Part shown: positions 58,689 through 64,000 of the stretch, in pieces
Position numbering within the stretch: position 1 is the stretch's first letter
How the letters are laid out: the number at the start of each line of letters is the position of its first letter
Assembly: GCA_003427395.1 (NCBI GenBank)
Contig: BFEA01000043.1
Span: 372,290-436,289, forward strand
Direction: 5' to 3'
Length of the DNA: 64,000 nt
Source of the DNA: Chara braunii
Lineage: Eukaryota; Plantae; Charophyceae
Position numbers and translations under genes: made by a program
The notes under the pieces: generated by a model
Told to the model about the DNA's origin: nothing
The model's database searches: none
The model's input: the letters and a program-made list of their open reading frames with translations, nothing else

Positions 58689-60992
58689 NNNNNNNNNNNN
58701 NNNNNNNNNNNNNNNNNNNNNNNNNNNNNNNNNNNNNNNNNNNNNNNNNNNNNNNNNNNNNNNNNNNNNNNNNNNNNNNNNNNNNNNNNNNNNNNNNNNN
58801 NNNNNNNNNNNNNNNNNNNNNNNNNNNNNNNNNNNNNNNNNNNNNNNNNNNNNNNNNNNNNNNNNNNNNNNNNNNNNNNNNNNNNNNNNNNNNNNNNNNN
58901 NNNNNNNNNNNNNNNNNNNNNNNNNNNNNNNNNNNNNNNNNNNNNNNNNNNNNNNNNNNNNNNNNNNNNNNNNNNNNNNNNNNNNNNNNNNNNNNNNNNN
59001 NNNNNNNNNNNNNNNNNNNNNNNNNNNNNNNNNNNNNNNNNNNNNNNNNNNNNNNNNNNNNNNNNNNNNNNNNNNNNNNNNNNNNNNNNNNNNNNNNNNN
59101 NNNNNNNNNNNNNNNNNNNNNNNNNNNNNNNNNNNNNNNNNNNNNNNNNNNNNNNNNNNNNNNNNNNNNNNNNNNNNNNNNNNNNNNNNNNNNNNNNNNN
59201 NNNNNNNNNNNNNNNNNNNNNNNNNNNNNNNNNNNNNNNNNNNNNNNNNNNNNNNNNNNNNNNNNNNNNNNNNNNNNNNNNNNNNNNNNNNNNNNNNNNN
59301 NNNNNNNNNNNNNNNNNNNNNNNNNNNNNNNNNNNNNNNNGTGTGCTATGCTACCCTTTCTGCGGGGTGTGTTTGCTTTATGGTGAGGGATGGTACCGTG
59401 GAGGTTAGATTTTTCCCTTTTTTGTTTAAGATTGATGTGTAGCTCTATAACAATCTTTATTCAGTGGTTTGGCGATGTGTTGTTTTCCAGAACAAGATGG
59501 GCTTCCAACGATCTGCCCAGTCGTGTACGAGCTGGACTCGACACGTAGGATCGAGCTTGTGTGTCAGATTTCGGGCGATCGAGCTGGGGAGGGAGGGGGG
59601 GGGGGAGAGGTCTTATCCGGAGGTCCGGATCGAGTGGACGACTACGGGGAATGCAGCTGCATGCATGCAGCCTGCGTGGCCTGGTCGGGACTATGCCCGG
59701 CTGGGATTTGGGGGGGGAGGGTGGGAGGGTGCTGAGGGGGGGGGGGTGGGCTATGGGGTGCGTTAGGTTTGCTTTACTGTGATTCATGACAGGTGGAGGG
59801 GGGGTCTTGGAGGTGGGAGCAGGTAGGAGGGAGGTTGAGTAGATGGGCTGGGGTCGATGTTAGGTGATGGGGCTGCGAAGAGTTAGGAGGCAAGGAGCGG
59901 TGAGGGGAGAGGGAGGCGGGTGGGGGTTGAGGGGGAGTGGAATATAGGCGTGGGGAGGGAGTGACCAACGAATGAATGTGACGAGAGTGCTTAGGGAAAT
60001 GGGCGGTAGGAGTTGGAGTCGTGAGAAGAGGAGCTGGAGGCTGGGGGCGTGAAAGAGGATTGTCCCCTTTGTGAGGAGAGGTGGGATGTTAAGGCAGATT
60101 TAGGGGAGGGAAAGCTCTGTAGATTCAGGACGGGAACTTGGAAAGATGAGATGACGAGAGTTAGTATAGGTGTGAATGTAGACAGTATGGAGAGGGGAGG
60201 GGGGCGCAGTAGAGAGCTTCTCACGGAGGGGCTAGTAGATTGAACCTTTGTCTTCATCACTGAAGCAGGCTGAACGTGGGCCGAATGTAGGTCTTGATGC
60301 CTTCGATGGATCAGCTCAGCTGTATGTCACTGTTGTCAAGCAGGGGCGGCGTCCTGCTTGGGAGCGTACTTCGGTCCTCTGGAGATGGTGGCCAAGTCGA
60401 GTTCCGGGCGGGAGGGCTGCTGCGAATAGCAAACGACTCCAACGATGCAGCAGTCCTTCCACTGATGTCGTGCGCGCAGGGGGTGCACCTGGGCGGGCTT
60501 GGGCGGGGCATCTGCACGCCCTCGTGGCGATGGCGGGCGTTCCCGCCCAGCTTTGAAAGTTTGAAGTCGGGCGCGCGCAGCGCACGGGCGGTTGGGCGGG
60601 AGGGTGAAGGGGGCTGGGTTGTGGTTGGCGTCATCCCGTAGGGCCAAGGCCGGGCACTAGCGCGATTTAGCGCAACGCTAAAGTTTTGCGCTTACCAACG
60701 GCGCAGGCGTTTTTTTTTTTCCGCATTCTGGAGATTGTCATCTTGCCGACGACGAAGACTATGGGGTGGCTGACGGGATTTCCTCGGAAGGAGCAGGTAC
60801 TGGAGCCACGTCACTGCCCGAAGGTAGCATGGGGGCATACAGCCTGAGCTCCATGTCGGGGAAAGAGAGCAGCGAGGGCAGCGAGAACAGCGAGGACTCT
60901 GGACTGGGCAGCCCTAAAACCTCTGCCGCTGCGGACTAAATATATCGAACGTCCAACTAGCAACCTCGCCCAACGAACGCCCACCCCAACCG

Positions 60993-61023
<31 letters not shown>

Positions 61024-61137
61024 CAAACAAACAAACAAACAAACAAACAATATGAACACAGCACCCCGCCAGACGAAGCCAAATGGACTACAACGAGGAT
61101 CAGCCTGAGCCAGTGAGAATAGACTGGCAAGCCAAAG

Positions 61138-61385
61138 GATTGACGATCCATAGCTGGAATGTCAACGGCTTGGGCAACATTCTTGAGGAAGATGACAAAC
61201 TATGAGACATCAGACTTGGCCTCACAGACAAAAGAAATCTCAAACCCGATGTCATCCTTCTATAAGAGACTATCTATCAAACCTCACCAACCACACCAGA
61301 ATCAAGAAGACTGTGGAAAAAAGCCTAGGTGGATGCCCTTTCACACTGTGGTCCAATTAACCGGACCAAAGCAACCACGGAACAG

Positions 61386-61426
<41 letters not shown>

Positions 61427-64000
61427 TGGTCCGATGGACCACAGATCAGATATTAAAGTGATCATAACAGGTACTTCACTTGATCTTAGCCAAAAGGCCG
61501 TGATACCATCTACATCCAAAATCTGGTCGGAAGGACAGGTAAGCAACGGCGAAGGCGACACAGCGGAGGGTAGGTCGTCATGGGTCCAAATCACATGTCA
61601 AGAGGAAGAGATCAGAATCCTCAACATATACGCCCCCAACACGGAAACTGAACGCATAGCTTTCTTTGACCACATCAAATCACTCTTCCCGAACCCCCTA
61701 CCGCTAATCATTGCAGGCGACTGGAACAGCACGATGGATCCCAACCTGAACCGCATCTCCCGGGCAACGCTGTTGGGACCCACACGAGCGAGCACACACC
61801 TGAGAAACATCATGACGGAGTTCGATCTGGTAGACCCTTTTCGAATTTTCCACCCACGCAAAAAAACCTTCTCCCTAGTCAAAAGGAACCGATCTAACCA
61901 CGCATCACTGTCACGGATCGACTTCTTCCTAATCTCCGACATGTTGCAGGGAGCAATCAAGGAGGCCGATATCCTACCAGCAGCAGCCTTCAAGGGGCTC
62001 GATCACAAACCGACCTACCTGCTCCTCAACTTCAACTCTCCGGTAGAAAAAGGGAAAGGCTTTTTCAGACTCAACAACTCACTTCTCTCCACAGATCGCA
62101 TATCAGAGGCAGTCAGATAGAACTGGGCTTTCTTACAACAAGATGAGATGAAACGCCGAAACAGACACAAGTGGTTCATAGACAGCTATACAGACCTATC
62201 TTAGACAGTCTCGGTAGAGTCTAGAAGCATAGCAGCAGAACGCAAAATCAGGAAGGGAGAATTACAAATTGCTCTTGACATCACGGAAACCAACCTCGCA
62301 TCAGATCCTTCCAACTCCTTCTATCACGACCTACTACAATCTACCAAGGACAAATTAAATGAATGGAGAAGATGGGAACTCAGGGGCCTACAAATACGGG
62401 CCCGAATGAACGACTACACCCTGAACAAATCCATGTCCAAATTTTTCTTCTCCAAAATTAAAGCCAATGGAAGGAATAACATGATCGAGAGACTGAAGGA
62501 CCCAGCGGACCAAGGGAAGAGAAAGTCAGCCAATACAAACATGGTAAGAATAGTCAGATCCCTTTACGTCGACCTCTACGAGTCCAAAACTACCTCCCCC
62601 CCCCAGTTAGCAAACATCAATGCCCGTCAGCGCATGATGACCTACCTAGAGAGAACAATCACCCAACAACAAACAGATGAACTGGACAAACCTATCACCC
62701 TAGGGGAACTGCACACAGCCCTATCCCAGATGGGAAATGACAAAGCTCCAGGAACCGATGGCGTGTCCAAAGAATTCTGGATCCAGTTCTGGCCCACACT
62801 GGGAGTTGACCTCCTTAACTTTATTAATGACAGCAGGGAAAAAACAGGCTTGGTTCAAGTCCTAAGCACCAGCGTAATCTCACCGTTATATAAGAATGGC
62901 GACAAGGAGGAACTTAGGAACTACAGACCAATCTCACTTCTCACAACGCCATACAAAATCCTAGCAAAGGCTTTAGCAAACAGAATCATAAAACTTACAG
63001 ACAAATGCTTTCACATCGACCAAGCAAGATACATTATGGGCTGATATATTTTGGATATTGTGATGACTCTAAACGAGGCTGTAAAGAAGATAACAGAAAA
63101 ACGGATGCAAGCAGCGATCCTATTCCTCGATTTCGAAAAGGCCTACGATCAAGTTAATTGGGACTTCCTGCATAGTTGTATGGAAAAGATGGGAGTCGGC
63201 CCAAACTTCAGAGAGTGGGTAAAAGTACTCTATGGGGATGCCACGGGCAAGGTGCAGATAAACAAAATACTGTCAGAAACCTACCCGATATCGAGATCGG
63301 TCCGTCAAGGCGACCCTCTCGCACCCCCAATATTATAATGGAAGCCATTGCATCCTTCCTCCGCAAGGATCCATCCATAGACCGCCTGGCCGAACAAAAC
63401 CACAACCCCTCCACGACTTCGTTCTCCCCACAGCACAAATGTTCGCAGATGACCTCACGGTCCTCATCCGCGCCAGCAACTCCTCCTTCCAGGCCCTAGC
63501 CCGTGCAATGGAAGCCTTCAGACTCGCCTCAGAAATGAAGGTAAACTGGTCGAAAACGGAAGGGTGGTGGCTTGTTGAAGGCACCCTCCCCCTAACCTCC
63601 AGACCCATCCACCCCAATGTCATGGACCACAGGCGACCAAGCGCTCCGATACCTGGGCATTATGGTAAACAGAGATGGCATCTGGCGAGGCATGGAAGAT
63701 ACTCTAATCGCCAGAATAATAACCCGTCTAGCCACCTGCAACAAAGCCCAGGCCTCCCTGATAGGGAGAGCCCTGATCATCAACACAACAGTTTTCTCCA
63801 CTCTGTGGTACATGGCCTCGATTTGTTCCCCTCCTGACGATGACCTGAAGAAGTTGAAGGCTAGAGCCAGGTGTTACCTGTGGACCGGCGACCTCGGCAG
63901 AACCACCTGCATAAACAAGGTGGCCTAGCAAATTGTCACCAGGAAACCACACGAAGGTGGGCTAGGTATTATTGACCCCAAACAGGAAGCGATCGCCCTC
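61138..64000 (+). mobile_element. L1/Tx1-type LINE ORF2 (APE endonuclease plus RT), disrupted, runs off the window
   Basis: HSWNVNGLG, LL*ET, NIYAPN, IIAGDWNS, SRIDFFL, LDHKP; RT KAPGTDG, NYRPISLL, LDFEKAYDQV, VRQGDPLAP, FADDL, RYLGI; several stops and frameshifts. Confidence 0.93.

Noticed and set aside
59341-60720. GC-rich ORFs in several frames
   Set aside because: Low-complexity purine- or GC-rich sequence with no recognisable domain.

Overview
Eukaryotic, repeat-rich genomic window with assembly gaps. An inner-arm flagellar dynein, plant-type TTTAGGG repeats and plant-type U6 point to a streptophyte with flagellated sperm, for example Chara; the taxon is inferred. The one clear host gene is an uninterrupted 14.3-kb ORF (25140-39395, +) for an axonemal dynein heavy chain of the inner-arm I1/f beta type (Chlamydomonas DHC10/IDA2, vertebrate DNAH2). 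Around it lie: (i) a full-length but disabled chromodomain-bearing Ty3/gypsy element (12052-21426, -) with a 4-bp TSD and a -1 gag-pol slippery site, nested in a decayed Penelope-like retroelement; (ii) a nest of L1/Tx1-type LINE remnants (39.4-42.1 kb and 50-64 kb), four of which share a structured 3' tail; (iii) four decayed U6 snRNA copies, one fused to a LINE-like terminal hairpin and poly(A); (iv) MITE/foldback elements, a second LTR remnant, micro- and minisatellites; (v) a Nextera junction adapter, which is an assembly artefact. All calls were made by eye; no database search was run.
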